From the human T2T-CHM13v2.0 reference genome, Homo sapiens: a stretch of 64,000 nucleotides of DNA. The notes beneath the pieces are model-generated. The model made no database searches. It was given only the letters and a program-made list of their open reading frames with translations, and was not told where the DNA came from. Of this stretch, positions 38,701 through 52,208 are shown piece after piece. Positions within the stretch are counted from its first letter, which is position 1, and the number at the start of each line of letters is the position of its first letter. The position numbers were made by a program, and so were the translations under genes. Location: the NCBI RefSeq assembly GCF_009914755.1, contig NC_060926.1; one strand, given 5' to 3'.

Positions 38701-40924
38701 TAGACTGTGTTCTGAATATTATGAATGCTACATTGTAGAATTTCTGATTTCTGTTATTTTTCTCTGATGAATATAGATTCTTTAAGTAATTATCTTGATT
38801 GAATTGAACTGAATTTTTTTTGACAAGCAACTACAATATTGTTTTTAAAACATTTCCTTTAGTGAAATTGAATTGACTTTACCCTGCATGTATGTGGTTC
38901 AGGGGGTCAGTGAGAGATGTGGGTAGATAAAATTTGGGGATACCTTTTCTACCCCTTTCTCTTCCAGAGCTCCTCCACTCTCTTCAGCAGTCATCTGTGA
39001 ATCAGACTCCAGATATCTATTGTAGAATTTACACCAAGCATAAATTAAATAAAAGAACTTCTGAAAGTTTCAAACCTGAAACAGAAATGGCTTAAAAAAA
39101 TATGTTCATGATAGGTCACTTGGTTTGAGTGGCTTAACAGAAGAAAACTCGATTGAAAACATTCGCCGGAGATGGTGTTTTATGGTATGCATTAAACTAG
39201 CTTCATTAAAAAAAAAACCCAAATTCTAATTGATAACATTGGTCAAAGTGTTCTTCAATATTCATACTACTTTTACCACCCATCAAAAAGGGGATTTGAG
39301 CACTTATTTTGATGATATCAGTTTTCTAGTCTCGATATTTTTCTTTAGCTTTTAATGTTTTAGTTGAGACTGATTTTTTTTTAATCAGAGGGAGGAAGGA
39401 GAAAGGGAAAGAATCAGTGGCAATATATGTCTATATAAAAAGTTTCAATAATCTTAAAGACATTTTGCTAACATACGCAGTTCTTGCTATTACCTTTAGC
39501 TCCTTAAAACAAGACTTATCTGTGTGTTTCTTTAATTGAAGAATATCATTTTTACTTCTTGGTCATATCTTCAAAATGTACTGCTTGCCTTCTCTTACCC
39601 TATTTCTAGTTTGTTATGGTTGTGAAAATGTAATGAGCATACTCAGAATGCCATCGTCTAGATCTTTGTTAAAAACCAGTCCTCAATGATATTAATGAGG
39701 CATAAAATGTCACCTGTATGTTGAATTCAGGTATTATTCAGTTCCACTTTAAATGGTGTTATCATTTCGACAATATACATCTCAGGTCATTAAATATATG
39801 TTTTTTGAAATAAACTAAAAACTCTACATAAATTTTCTTAAATTCAAGAAGAAAGTAGGTATTATTTTAAAAATATTATTGACACATCCTTGTTCATTGG
39901 GAAATAATTATTTAACCAGGAATATCAGGTAGAGTTAAAGATTTAAAATAATAATCCACTTAAAAGATAGACACATTATTTTTGGAGATCTTACTGACTA
40001 AAACTTGGGTTTACTTTTTATAAAACCAATTTATTGTGATTGTAGCTATAATTATTTATAGCATAAGATATTATTTTAGTTGTTGTAGTGGTTTTAAACT
40101 TTAAAATAACATGTATTTTTTCTTTAAATCTGAATAAAATGTCTTTTTTCAGAATATGAATCACTTACTCCACAGAAAGAGAAATAGAGTTGTTTTAAAT
40201 CTTTTCTGATATAATATTTATGTATGTGTAAATTTATTTTAAGATTTCAAAGCCTAAGTGAGTGTGATAAAGCATTGCAAGAGGATATTTTTGATAACTT
40301 ATCAAGTCACAGCAATTCCAAGGAACATTATCTTATTTTTGAAAATCATTGTTACCAAAGACAAATATTTATGTGTTTTTAACTTCAGCTTTATTTTGTT
40401 TGTCCCGCAGCAGGAGTGCAGAGTAAGGAAATAAACCATAAAAATCATAAATATAAGTTGGATAATAACATCAAGGTTTGCCATCACACAAATAAATACA
40501 AAAATCCCAAGATAGCTTGATTATAATTTTGCTAAATCTATATGGTTACTGACAATAATCATTGAGGAAATATTTTCATTTTCTGTACTTGAGCTGGGTT
40601 CTTAAAAAGTCTGTGGACTTTCAGAGTTATAAAAAGTTTTGAGTTTTAGAGTTCATCTAGTTCAGCTACCTTATTGAACAGGTGAAATTATTGAAACACA
40701 AAGATTAGGTATCTTACTGATGGTTACATAACTGTTTAGATAGCAGGATCATGGGCTTTTTACCTCCATTTTTGTTATTCTTGATCATGTCTTAACTCTT
40801 TGTCTCCAGTATATTTAATTTTGTCCTTTGTAAGTTTTCTTTGAACTATATTTGGTGCTTTTGAATTTCTGTCATGTAAGAAACAAATTATACTTGTCCA
40901 GGTATTAAACTCTGTTTCTATGTA

Positions 40925-41135
40925 GTGTCCATTATAAGCGTATGAGCATTGGAGTAAAATAGCCCTGAGTTAGAATGAAGGACCCATCACTTACTATCTT
41001 TGTGACATGGGGAAAACTATTTATCCTTTTTAAGCTTTATCTTCTCCAAAGGTAATAATGCCAAACTAATTGCCTTATTTTTAAGATAAAATATAAAATA
41101 ATATGAGTTATTATTACATCACTCAATAAGTATGC
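40925..41135 (+). mobile_element. MIR SINE
   Basis: 'ccctgagttagaat', 'atcacttactatctttgtgac', 'ggtaataatgcc', 'cactcaataa'. Confidence 0.55.
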
Positions 41136-44100
41136 ATAGTGTGAACCTTTCATAAATATGAACATGAATTTCAAACCCTTTGTTTAAAAAGCCAGAAAAT
41201 AATACGAATTACTTTTAGATAATGTCTTTCAGTATCATTTTTGTATATATTGTTGCTATAGTAAAATTAAAACAAAAAATAATAAATACGCACCTTCCTT
41301 GAGGCATTTATTATTTATTGAGGAAGACAGCTAAATGAATATAGGAGATAGAAGTTTGGCTTTGGGATTCAAGAGTAGGAAAAGAAAACATTTGAGAAGT
41401 ATTAATTTGGAAAGAGATCACAGAGGATGTATACCGAAAGATGACAAGTACACAATTTGTCAGCATAGAGAAGGACATTCTGAGTATTAATAACAACACG
41501 TGAAATAGCTCAAAGTTTTCATCAGGGAAACCAGATACACAGTTTCTGCCTATAGGACACTTCACAGAAAATCAATTTTTAAAATAATTAATTCCTCTTT
41601 TCCAAAAGTTACTTAAAACAGTAAATGCAAAAAAACAGATATAATAAAGCAATATGAAAACATAAAAATAAAGTAATATAAGAGAGTCAAGAGAAGGTTG
41701 ACCATATTCACTGCCAAGAAAAGCTTGTTAATTGAACTAAAATTACTGTTAAGAGAACTTTTGTTGTAGGCCCTTGAGAGGCTCTGGTTCTTTCTCAGCC
41801 CAATTGTTACATCCTTATTCGTCATGTCTTGTTACTTTGTTGTATGTCCACTACCAAAAAAGTGTTTTGAGACAGAAATAGTTTGTAATCCATATATGAA
41901 TAACAGTGCTTCAACAGAGAGAATACGAAACAAATAAAAAATATAGCTACTATCTCAAGGTGATCAAAGGCAGATTAAGATTCAAGACTATTATATTGCT
42001 TATGTGGTAATTTACTTCATAATACCTCATTTAAATTGTGTGATATAAATTGTTTAGTATATTAACTTTAATATATAACATCACATATTATAGCATATAC
42101 TATAGTATACTAGTAGGATTTGAAAGACTTTAATCAGTAATTCTTATTCCAGTTATGATTTCATATATTCTTTAAATATTACAGTAATCTTCTCTACAGG
42201 AGTCACTGGTTAGCATAGGAATGCTAGAAATAATTTTCCATTGGCTAAATGAGTGAAGTCCAAGATACATGATTGGCGAAAACAATTGTATAGGCACCAT
42301 CATCTTCTGTGGTGTAGGTATAAGAGTTCATTAAACCTAGGTGCATAGCACCTATGGTGTAGTGTTATAGATCTAGAGATTCATTTGATATTGTGTACCC
42401 TGCATTTTGCCTGTTGCCTGACACAAAAGAAGTTGGATGGCCTGTTAGGTTATTATTGTATAAGCTTTAGAATGAGGATCTCATGCAGTGGGCTTGTTGG
42501 AGTGCATATGGATAGAGATTTTTTAGTGCCTGAGGAGAAGAGAACAGGTTACATAGTTGTTTTGTGTCTGTTTGCTAATAAATGTCTGTAAGTGTGTCAG
42601 ACTTTGCTCTAACACTTCCTTTCAGTATAATATGCCAAAGAGATTACTGAGAAAGGAGATGCATAGATTCCTCTTTCTTCTAATCACCAGAAGCCACTGA
42701 TATTTGCCCTGAAGTACTTCGTATTACAAACTGTCAAGTTGGCTGAGATAGGTGCACAATAGACAGCTAAATAAAACAATATTTGAAAAAAATGCTGACA
42801 TTCAGTATTTTTTCCTCCTAAAATCTGAGTGTCTGGCTTCTTTTTTGATAACCTTTTTTTTTTTTTTTGCCTTCTCTCATAATTGCTCAAAACATTGAGG
42901 TCAACGATGAAAAAACTGTTCCATATACTTCTCTTTAGCATATTTTGATAAAACTATGGTCCTAAAATAGAAAGGCATCTTCTTTAGTACAGAGGTACCT
43001 TAAGATATATTAAGAGAAATAGAGAAGATCAAGATGCTGGACTTAGAAAATTTTGACATTTTAGTAGGCAGAAGGATGAGAGTAAGAAAAGACAGAAAGT
43101 CATGATACAATAGAACAAAGTCCCTTATCTTGAGCAACAGAATTTGTTTGAGTTCTTACTGCATATTGGACACTGGCAAAGAAGAAAGATAAAATAGAGC
43201 TTCATGCCTTTAAGGGGCAATAATAACACAACTACAAGTAGAAGACAATGAGGATGTCTAAGATGAGAAATCAGTGTGTGGGAACTCTTAGATGAAGACT
43301 GAACAGGGCATTTTCCTTTTCTTTGTTTTTTAACAGAGAAAGTTTCATTTCCTCTGCAAAAAAGAAATGACATTAAGAAACTTATTTGGAATTGAGCTAT
43401 TAAAAAGTACAAAGATGAATTGAAGTAAGACTATAAATGGGACAAAGATCTCTCCAGAAAGATCCTTTCTACCTTGAATGCCTATTATCCATTTTGAGAA
43501 CACTCTGGCTTCTCGTCCTTTTATTTCTAACCAGTATTTCTTGAACCCCAAGGTGCACTCAAAACCCAAATATAATTTTAATATCAATGAGTGGAAGCCA
43601 GAGAAAAACTGGCTATCACCCAACTGCTTTATCTGCTTCCAAGAAATTACCCTTGGTTCAGGAAAGAGCAAGCGAGACATTTTTTAAATTCAAAACTGGG
43701 GTGAAGAATTATTCTTTTTCACTTTGGGTTGAATGAGTTGTGACTTTTATAGTCTATTATCTAAAGATCTAGGGTCACAACACAATGTGTCATTATTCTT
43801 ATAGCACATCCCTCTGGCTATATTTCCTAGATTTTTAATGAAGGCTAAAAATGCCCTTCTTTCTTCCCCTTGTTCCCTATACAAAAATACATTTTTCAGT
43901 TCTTGAAGATCTGAAATCTTATAAGATCCACAATTCCCAGTTTAAGCTGTTTCTAAGGCAATTAGGGCTTTTTTTTTTTATTTTTAAGGTAATATCTATA
44001 AGAGACAAGATCTCTAATGTTACTCCTGGATACTATATGGGACAAATTTAAAATATTTTCTGATATTTGGGGCACTTTTTATGCCTAAATTGTTAATAAG

Positions 44101-45149
44101 ATAAATATTACTTGAATATTAATTATTGCCTATTTCTTTTCTATGTAATTTGATAATAGGAAATAAAGGATAAAACACAGTCTGCTCATCCTCAAGCACT
44201 TCTGATCTGTTGAAATCTATTCTCTTTAATTATTCATAAATGGACTAGTAGCTTATGTAGTCTAATAATCCCCAAGTCTTCCAGTATCCTGGGGCCTTCC
44301 TTTTCTTTTATGTCCAAATGAAATAACTCAGGCTTCATGTCATGCAAAAATGGAAAGCTCAAACTCCTCTCTCTCTCTCTTTGGGATTCTAAGGATAGCA
44401 CTTACTTTTTCTTGGTAGTTTTCTATTACTTGTCTTAAATACGTCTTCCTAACTCAGTTGGTGATTGCTGCCTGTCACCTACCTCTCAGGGCTGCAGTCC
44501 CACTTTGTTTTGCTCTTCAAGTGCCTCTTCACCTTTATGCCTTAAAGTAGCACATACACAAGACTATTGTGTAAAAATCTTTTGCTGAAAGTTTGTAGAT
44601 AATGGAGGAACTTAAGCACAGAAAAGAAACAAAAACAATATCAGACATTCTGAATTTCATCATTCAGTTTCTTCCCAGAAAGTTAGTTGTTTCCTTTTTA
44701 AGGGCCTGGCTACCGGGACTCAGCCTCTCTCTCTCTTGTTCTCTTTCTCTCCACCCACCACTCACTGAACATTTCTTACGTATTTCTTTTCTCCAAACTC
44801 TGAAGCAAACAAAAACAAGCAAAACTTTCTTCTTTTTGAGTTCATATGGATCAAATTACAAATATGCTTTATTTCACTCAAATCAAGCAATTTAACTCTC
44901 TTTTTATTCTAGTTCTTATGTCCTTATTTGTCCAGGGATTTTACTCTCAAACAAAGACTCCAAAACCGGTCTTTCCAAACTAAAAGCAATATTTAGCAAA
45001 ATGAGAATATCAGTTTTAAGATAGGTTCTATTTAAAGATAGGTGCCATTTTGTTTTTACCTTCTATTATATTTACATAATTATAAACAGTTTATATATGT
45101 ATGTATATATAGTCCATTAAATTCTTACAAGAACAGCGTAGAGAAGATA

Positions 45150-45567
45150 ATTACAGCACTTCTTCATTAAAAGGCACACACTCCACATTTATTCCCCTAA
45201 CCTTCTAGTGTCTATTGTGTAGGGACTAGAAGTCCACGAACTACATTTTCCCAACTCTTGTCGGGAGGGTTTGACAATTAGTTGCAGTTAAAGAAGATGT
45301 GGAAGTTGGAAGAGAGGCAGCAGCTGTTTTTCCTCCAACATTCGTGAGCTTTAGCAGAACTGAATTTTATTTAGCAATAAATCTCCTTATTTTCCTATCA
45401 GTGACTGATTTTGAGCTATAGAGAAATTTCCTGAAGCTTTCTGACATCTAGATATTCATCAGCTTCCTAATCTTTGGCTTGCATCTTCTTTGAACATTCC
45501 TTAGTGCTCAGAGACTTCTCAGCTCTTCCAACAAATTTGTAAACATTTAATTTCTTTAATCAAACTT
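45150..45567 (+). mobile_element. LTR33-like ERVL LTR
   Basis: 'aactacattttcccaactc', 'ggaagttggaagagaggcag', 'cttccaacaaatttgtaa'. Confidence 0.5.
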
Positions 45568-46000
45568 GTACTAATTAGCCATTGCTTCACAAATGCTGCA
45601 CAACAAGCCATCCTGCCCACAGATTCATGGGCTTAAAACAACAGTCACCTATTCTTGTAGATCTCCAAATTGTCAGGAGTTGACTGACCTAGGCTGGATT
45701 TGGCAATGTGGTTCTGCTTCAAGCTGTTGATCCAGCTAGGCTTGGCTTGGGCAATTCCACTCCATGTATGTTCAACCTTGGGTCTCTGTGGAAGAGGCAG
45801 CAGCTAGCAACCTGAAGAGGAATTCTTCTCAAGACAGTGGCAGAAGTACAAAAGGACAGGCAGAAATATGCAAGGGCTCTTAAACTCTTGTTTCAGAACT
45901 GGTACATTGTTACTTTTATCTTCGTACCATTCATTGGACAGTGCAACTCATATGGCCAAGCTCAAGAGCTAAGCATAATTTGTGGAGAGGTTATGATAAT
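45568..46000 (-). mobile_element. MLT1I/J-like LTR
   Basis: 'ggcttaaaacaacagtca', 'gactgacctaggctgg', 'tggcagaagtacaaaagg', 'ccattcattggacagtgcaactcatatggccaag'. Confidence 0.65.
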
Positions 46001-46708
46001 GGTGTTCATCACAGCTGTTCAAATTATTGAAGACTTATAAGCCTCTACAGAATATAGTGATGCAAGCCTTTAACAATGGTGAACGGTATAGTGAAGCAAG
46101 AGAAAGAATGCGTAAGTAAATATGAGAGGGCCAAGTTGCACAGGATAAACTTGGCCTTTGGATCGTAATGCACCAAGGTACATGTGAGTGACCTTAATTT
46201 CGAAGAAGCCAGTTTCATCTGAAGAAGAATTTTAATACCCCATTGGTCAATAGCTAAAACCTGTCTCATCATGCTGAATAAGAGAATCTCAGATAATATA
46301 ATCAAAATCAGATGTAAACCACCAAATCAAATATTTCCTATAAATAATCCTGACAAGTTTGCACAGGCTTCCTTCTGGTGTATTTTGGACTCTAGCACAG
46401 AACAATGTTAATCATTTGTTTGTGTATTGTTTTTAGGTTTGGTTAAGGGTCAGCACCATGGATCCAGGAATCCCTGGAGAAAAGCACAAGGTTGCAACCT
46501 ATATGATCTGCTAATGAGGAGATCATGTTAAAGGTGTGAAGAGCCAATCATTATATTTCCCACAAGTCCAGTTATATTTGAGAGCATAGAGGGGGTTCCT
46601 ATTTCTTTGCAGTGAACCCTGATGGATAAAGCTCAATGTGTAAGTGAAGACTTTGAAAATTAAAATCTAATTGGTAAGCAATATAATTGGAATTTGGAAT
46701 AAGGTCTT

Positions 46709-47130
46709 TGACATAGTTTAGTTATTTGTCCCCCTAAATCACATGTTGAAATGTAATCCCTAGTGTTGGAGGTGGGGCCTGATAGGAGGTCACTGGATGG
46801 TGGAGGTGGATTTCTCATGAATGGTTTGGCACCATCCCCTTGATTCTGTCTTCAAGATAGTGAGTTCTCATGAGATCTGGTTGTTTAAAAGTATGTGGCA
46901 CCTTCCACACACCCCCTCTTTCTCTTGCTCCCTCTCACCATGTGAAATTCCAGCTTCCCCTTCACCTTCCACCATGATTGTATGCCTCCCAAGGCCTCTC
47001 TAGAAGCTAAGCAGATGCCACAACCATGCTCCCAGGCTGCAGAACTGTGAGCCAATGAAATCATGTTTCCTTATGAATTACCCAGCCTCAGGTATTTCTT
47101 TATAGCAATGCAAGAATGGTCTTATATACA
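46709..47130 (+). mobile_element. MSTA/MSTB solo LTR
   Basis: 'catgttgaaatgtaatccctagtgttggaggtggggcctg' ... 'cccagcctcaggtatttctttatagcaatgcaagaa'; TSD gtctt/atctt. Confidence 0.9.
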
Positions 47131-47409
47131 ATCTTTTAACTTCAAAACCAGTGCCCTTTTTACTCTACCAAATATTTGAATCAATATGTAAACTAATATG
47201 TGGTCTGATCAAGAATCAGTGCAAATTGCTAAGTAAAATGAGGGATTTGGCATTGCTATTCAGCTGGCTTTCCTTTTGGTAGCTTTATAACCACATTTCC
47301 ATCTCTCTCTGTCCTCTCTCTAATGCACGTACTCACACTAAATAAAATCTCAGAGCCCTTTTGGTACATTGTGGATACTGAAAATATCTAGTCAGCTATC
47401 CCATAAGAT

Positions 47410-47574
47410 CTGTGCATTTCAAACTTTAATATACATATGAATTATCTGGGGATCAGTTTATAATACAGATTCTGTCTCAAGAGGTCTGGGGTGGGCCTGA
47501 GCTTCTGCATTTCTAATATACTTCCAGGTATTGTGATGCTTCTGTTCTGGTAGACTACACTTTGAGGATCAAGG
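47410..47574 (+). mobile_element. MER5A/B
   Basis: 'aggtctggggtgggcctgagcttctgcatttctaa', 'ctacactttgag'. Confidence 0.75.
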
Positions 47575-47935
47575 TTAGAATAACATTTTTCCCACATCCC
47601 TGTTCTTCTTTCCCCTACTTCAAACTTTTTCTTTCTGTATCACATTTCTTCCAGGCTCTTTTTTTAGGGTGATAATTAAAAAGTCCTCTCTATTTATAGC
47701 CCATAAATCTTCTTTAACGTTGCCCAAGAAGACTATTCTTAGGTCTAGACAGGACTCTAAATGCCCCTTCGGTTAGTACTGTATGGCTGGCTACTTACTG
47801 CATTTCTGGATTAGTCTAGCCCAAGATGCAGGCAAGGATTGTCTGGACTAGACCATCGGATTCTCTGGTCTTCATCTATACTCACCTAAAAACTACTCTC
47901 CTTTGCACATCTGGGATTAATTCTTATCTTAGTTA

Positions 47936-48425
47936 ATGCGGAAGATTTTTTTAATGGCCACAAATTCTCTTTCCTGCTTTCATGCCCTTGCAATAAAACT
48001 TTGCAGCATCTTCTATCAAGAGGGTGTTGTCTGTTTCTTGATGCCTTGAATTTGGACCAGTCTTTTGACTAGTCTATTTGTTTAAGTTCTTTAGACATTG
48101 TAAGGTGGTAACAAATTGTGTGAGTTCTGAGCCTGGGTGTCAAGAGACTCTTTATGCTTCTTCTGGCTCTCTTGAAATTCTGAGCTGCCATTAGAATAGG
48201 CATGAGCTAGCCTTTTGGATGATGAGAGGCACATGGTCCTACCAAAAGCCAACCAAACCTGAGAGGCATAGCTTTCAGACTGGCAACTGACACACACTCA
48301 GGAGTGAACATAGTGAGACCAGCAGGAGAACACATGCTGTTGACCTTCAGAATTAAATAAATGGTTGTTGTTTTAAGACACTAACTTTTGAGATGCTTTG
48401 TTACCTGGCAGAAACTCACTAATAC
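47936..48425 (+). mobile_element. MLT1H-like LTR
   Basis: 'aatggccacaaattctct', 'ctttgcagcatcttctatcaagag', 'aaataaatggttgttgttttaag', end 'ctaataca'. Confidence 0.75.
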
Positions 48426-48599
48426 ATTTAGAGAGGATTTACATAACCCTGATTCAGGGTTTCCTAAATTTCCTAGCTTTGATAGGAGTTCAGTTCTGAC
48501 CATGTTCTGGTGAATGAGTTCTATTTTGTTTCTGTGAAAAATCACCCCTATCCACATTGTACTCCTTTCAGTTCCAATAACAGCAGTAATTTAATCTTT

Positions 48600-50147
48600 T
48601 TTAAAAAGAATTTGAACTTATATTTTAGATTTGGGGGTTTATGTGCAGGTCTGTCACATGGGCACACTACATGATGCTCAGGTTTGGGATATGGATAATC
48701 CCGTCACACAGGCAGTGAGCACAGTACTCAATAGATAGTACCTCAGACCTCACCCACACCCCCCTGCCACCTCCAGAAGTCCCCAGTGTCCATTACTCTT
48801 ATATTTATGTCTATGTGTTCTCAATGTTTAGCTCCCACTTGTAAGTGAGAACCTACAGTATTTGATTTTATGTTTCTGCATTAATTCATTAGGATAATGG
48901 CTTCCAGCACCATCCACATTGCTGCAGACAACATGAGTTTGTTCTTTTCTATGGCTGTGTAGTATTCCATGCTGTATATGTACAACATTTTCTTTATCCA
49001 ATCTGCCAATGATGGGCATCTAGGTTGATTTCATGTCTTTGCTATTGTGAATACTGCTGCAATGAACATATCAGTGCATCTATCTTTTTGGTAGAATAAT
49101 TCATTTTCTTTTGGGTATATAGACCCAGTAATGGGATTGCTGGGTTGAATGGTAGTTGTGCTTTAAGTTCTTTGAGAAATCTCCAAACTGCTTTCCACAG
49201 AGGTTGGCCTAATTTACATTCCCATCAGTGGCGTATAGCATTTCCTTTTGTCTGCAGCCTCATCAACATCTGTAATTTTTTTGACCTTTTAATAATAGTC
49301 TGGTGTGAGATGGTATCTCATTGTAGTTTTGACTTGCATTTCTCTAATGATTAGCAATGATTAGCATTTTTTTCATGTTTCTTGGCCACTTGTATATCTT
49401 CTTTTGGAAAGTGTCTGTTCTTTTGCACATTTTAAAAGTGAGGTTGTTTGATTTTTGCTTGTTCATTTGTTTCTTATAGATTCTGGATATTAGACCTTTG
49501 TTGAGTGCATAGTTTGTGAATATTTTCTCCAATTCCTTAGGTTGCCTCTTTACTCTATTGATAGTTTCTTTTGCTGTGCAAAAGCTGTTTTGTTTAATTA
49601 GGTCCCACTTTTCAATTTTTGTTTTTGTTGCTGGCGTTTGAGGACTTAGCCATAATTCTTTGCCAAGACTGTTGTTGAGAAGAGTATTTCCTAGATTTTC
49701 TTCTAGTATTTTTACAGTTTGAGTTCTTACATTTAAATCTTTAATCCAGCTGCAGTTAATTTTTGTATATGTTGAAATGTAAGGGTCCAGTTTTATTCTT
49801 CTACATATGGCTGGCCAGTTATTCTAGCACCGTTTATTAAATAGAGTCATGTTTCCATCGTTTATTTTTGTTGACTAAGTTTAAGATTAGATTACTGTAG
49901 GTCTGTGGCTTTATTTTTGGGTTCTTTATTCTATTGCACTGACCTACATATCTGTTTTTGTACCAGTACCATGCTGTCTTAATTCCTGTAGCCTCACAGT
50001 ATAATTTGAAGTTGGCAATGTTATACCTCTGGCTTTGTTCTTTTTGCTTAGGATTGCATTGGCTATTTGGGCTGTTTTTTTGGTTCCATATGAATTTTAG
50101 AAGAGTTCTTTCTATGTCTGTTGAAAATGATGTTGATTGGTTGATAG
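48600..50147 (-). mobile_element. 5'-truncated L1PA15/16
   Basis: 'tatgtgcaggtctgtcacatggg..catgatgctcaggtttggg', 'ttagctcccacttgtaagtgagaac'; ORF2 3' remnants. Confidence 0.88.
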
Positions 50148-50459
50148 GAGTTTATCTTCTTTTGAGCCTGAGTCCCTGCCTCATTCTGAACAAACTGGGA
50201 TCTTTCTTTGCTTTCTGAAGTGTTCCTAAGAAATAGTCTTGACCTTGAGGTAGTCCCAGTGTTGAATAGAGCTGAACTATCAGACCCTGGACCTTCCCTG
50301 CCATGTAGCCTGGGTCTCTGTATATTTCCTGGCCTTGACTTATGGTAGTTGTCCTTCTGCCAGATTAGCCTCTCTTCTTTCTTGCCAGCATTCACAACCA
50401 TCAGTCACTTGAGCAGCCTGGCACTGTGGATACCAGACAACATTCTCATGTGGATATCC

Positions 50460-50960
50460 AACTAAAAGTTTCTCACTGGCTCCCCTAAGAACAAGGTCCT
50501 AAGAACAAGGTCCAAGCTCCTCAACATTGCCTGCTAAAACTTTTATGACCTGCCTTCTACATATCTCTCTACCTTCATCCCTCACTGTAAATTCCTCAAT
50601 CCACCATCCTGACATAGTGAACTATATATATTTCTATGGATGTTTCAGTTATGTCTTGATTCCCCTCACTTGTTCCTGCTGTCTCCTCTTCTTAGAACGC
50701 TTATGTTCCTTTCCTTTACCTGGTCAGCCTCTGTTCACCATTTCTGATTATTTCCTTGATTGTTAGGTGCCCCTTTATACATCCTGTTTGTAGTTACACT
50801 CTCACACGTGTAATAATGTACTTCTTGCATTGTGTGTTCTTGGAGACTGAACTATTTGAAGGCAAATGAACTTCTCTTTTATATCCTAGTTCCCATTGCC
50901 TACAATAACAATTGATGTTTATTTTTTCAACAAATGTTTATTGAACAGGTGCTGGGTTAA
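50460..50960 (+). mobile_element. L2 LINE 3' fragments
   Basis: 'tggctcccc...tccaagctcctcaacattg', 'gactgaactatttgaaggca'; heavily decayed. Confidence 0.5.
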
Positions 50961-51057
50961 AACCTGGAAATACACACTAAACAAGATGTCAAAGGAAATC
51001 ACAACATGTGAGACAGGACATAAACAGCTATTCATAATATCAGCTAAGAAGCTAATA

Positions 51058-51540
51058 AGATATTTATGCACCATGTTCAGAGCAGCATTATTCACAATAG
51101 ACAAAAGTGAAAGCAACTCAAGGATGAATGGATAAACAAAATAAAGCATATGCACATACAATGAAATCTTAACCTTAAAAAGGAAGGAAATTCTGACACA
51201 AGTAACAGCATATATGAATCTTGAGGACATTGCTAAGTGAAATAAGCCAGTCACAAAAAGGGCAATAATGTATGATTCTCCTTCTACAAAGTACCTAGAG
51301 CAGTCAAAATAATTGAGATTAAAAAGTAGAATGGTGGTAGCCAGGGACTGCAGGGAGGAGGGAATAGAGAGTTGTTTAATAGGTATCGAGTTTGAGTTTT
51401 GCAAGATGAAATGAATTCTGGAGATTGGCTGCACAGCAATATGAAAGAATGTACTTAACATGACTGAACTGTACACTTAAAAATGGTTAAGATGATACAT
51501 TTTATCTTATGTATATTTTACCAGAATTAAAAATAAAAGA
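51058..51540 (+). mobile_element. L1MB-type 3' end
   Basis: 'ccttaaaaaggaaggaaattctgacaca', 'gctaagtgaaataagccagtcacaaaa', 'ctgaactgtacacttaaaaatggttaag'. Confidence 0.88.
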
Positions 51541-52208
51541 GAAGTTAATGAGAGCTGCTATATTATTATAGAAGGGAAGATATGGGCCGTCTCATTTAAC
51601 TCTGTGGAAGGCACACAGTGGAAATACAGCTAGTACTGTACTTGCGGATTGATGATCAAGTGCGTTAATTAACTGGAAAATGAACAAATAAATAGAAATA
51701 TAGCTCTGTCTTCTTGAATGAATTTCCCATGAGCCAGTGAAAATTACAGCTGGGATTTGGAAATAAGCTTGGTTCATAGATTGCAAAATAAATTTTCTTC
51801 AGTGGCTTTCCAACAGAGATAATGACAAGATTTGAGAGCTTGCCTCTTACCAGTTAATTTAAATTAAGATGACCTAATAAAGGTCTCTGGGCATTTCTTC
51901 ATAAGAATGGAGACTCCTGCTGAATAGTTAGATATCAGAAACAAGGAAAAGAATGCAAAGGTTCTGAAATATGATATTGAAGACTTGTATGGAGGATGTT
52001 AGAAAATGATTAGCAATATGTTTTAAGCACTTTTTTTAGAGATAGACATTCTATATACTTATTAATATTTTGTCATATATGAAAAGAAAATACTTAGTAT
52101 GGTGCAAATTCTCTCGATCTGTGGGATCTGGACTCTCATATAATTTGCTAGTTTTTTTTCTCTGAATTATTTCAAGTTCTCTACTAATTATTTGAGTCAA
52201 ATTATGGA

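Noticed and set aside
50919-51476. 185-aa minus-strand ORF
   Set aside because: Antisense read-through of an L1MB 3' end and an L2 fragment.
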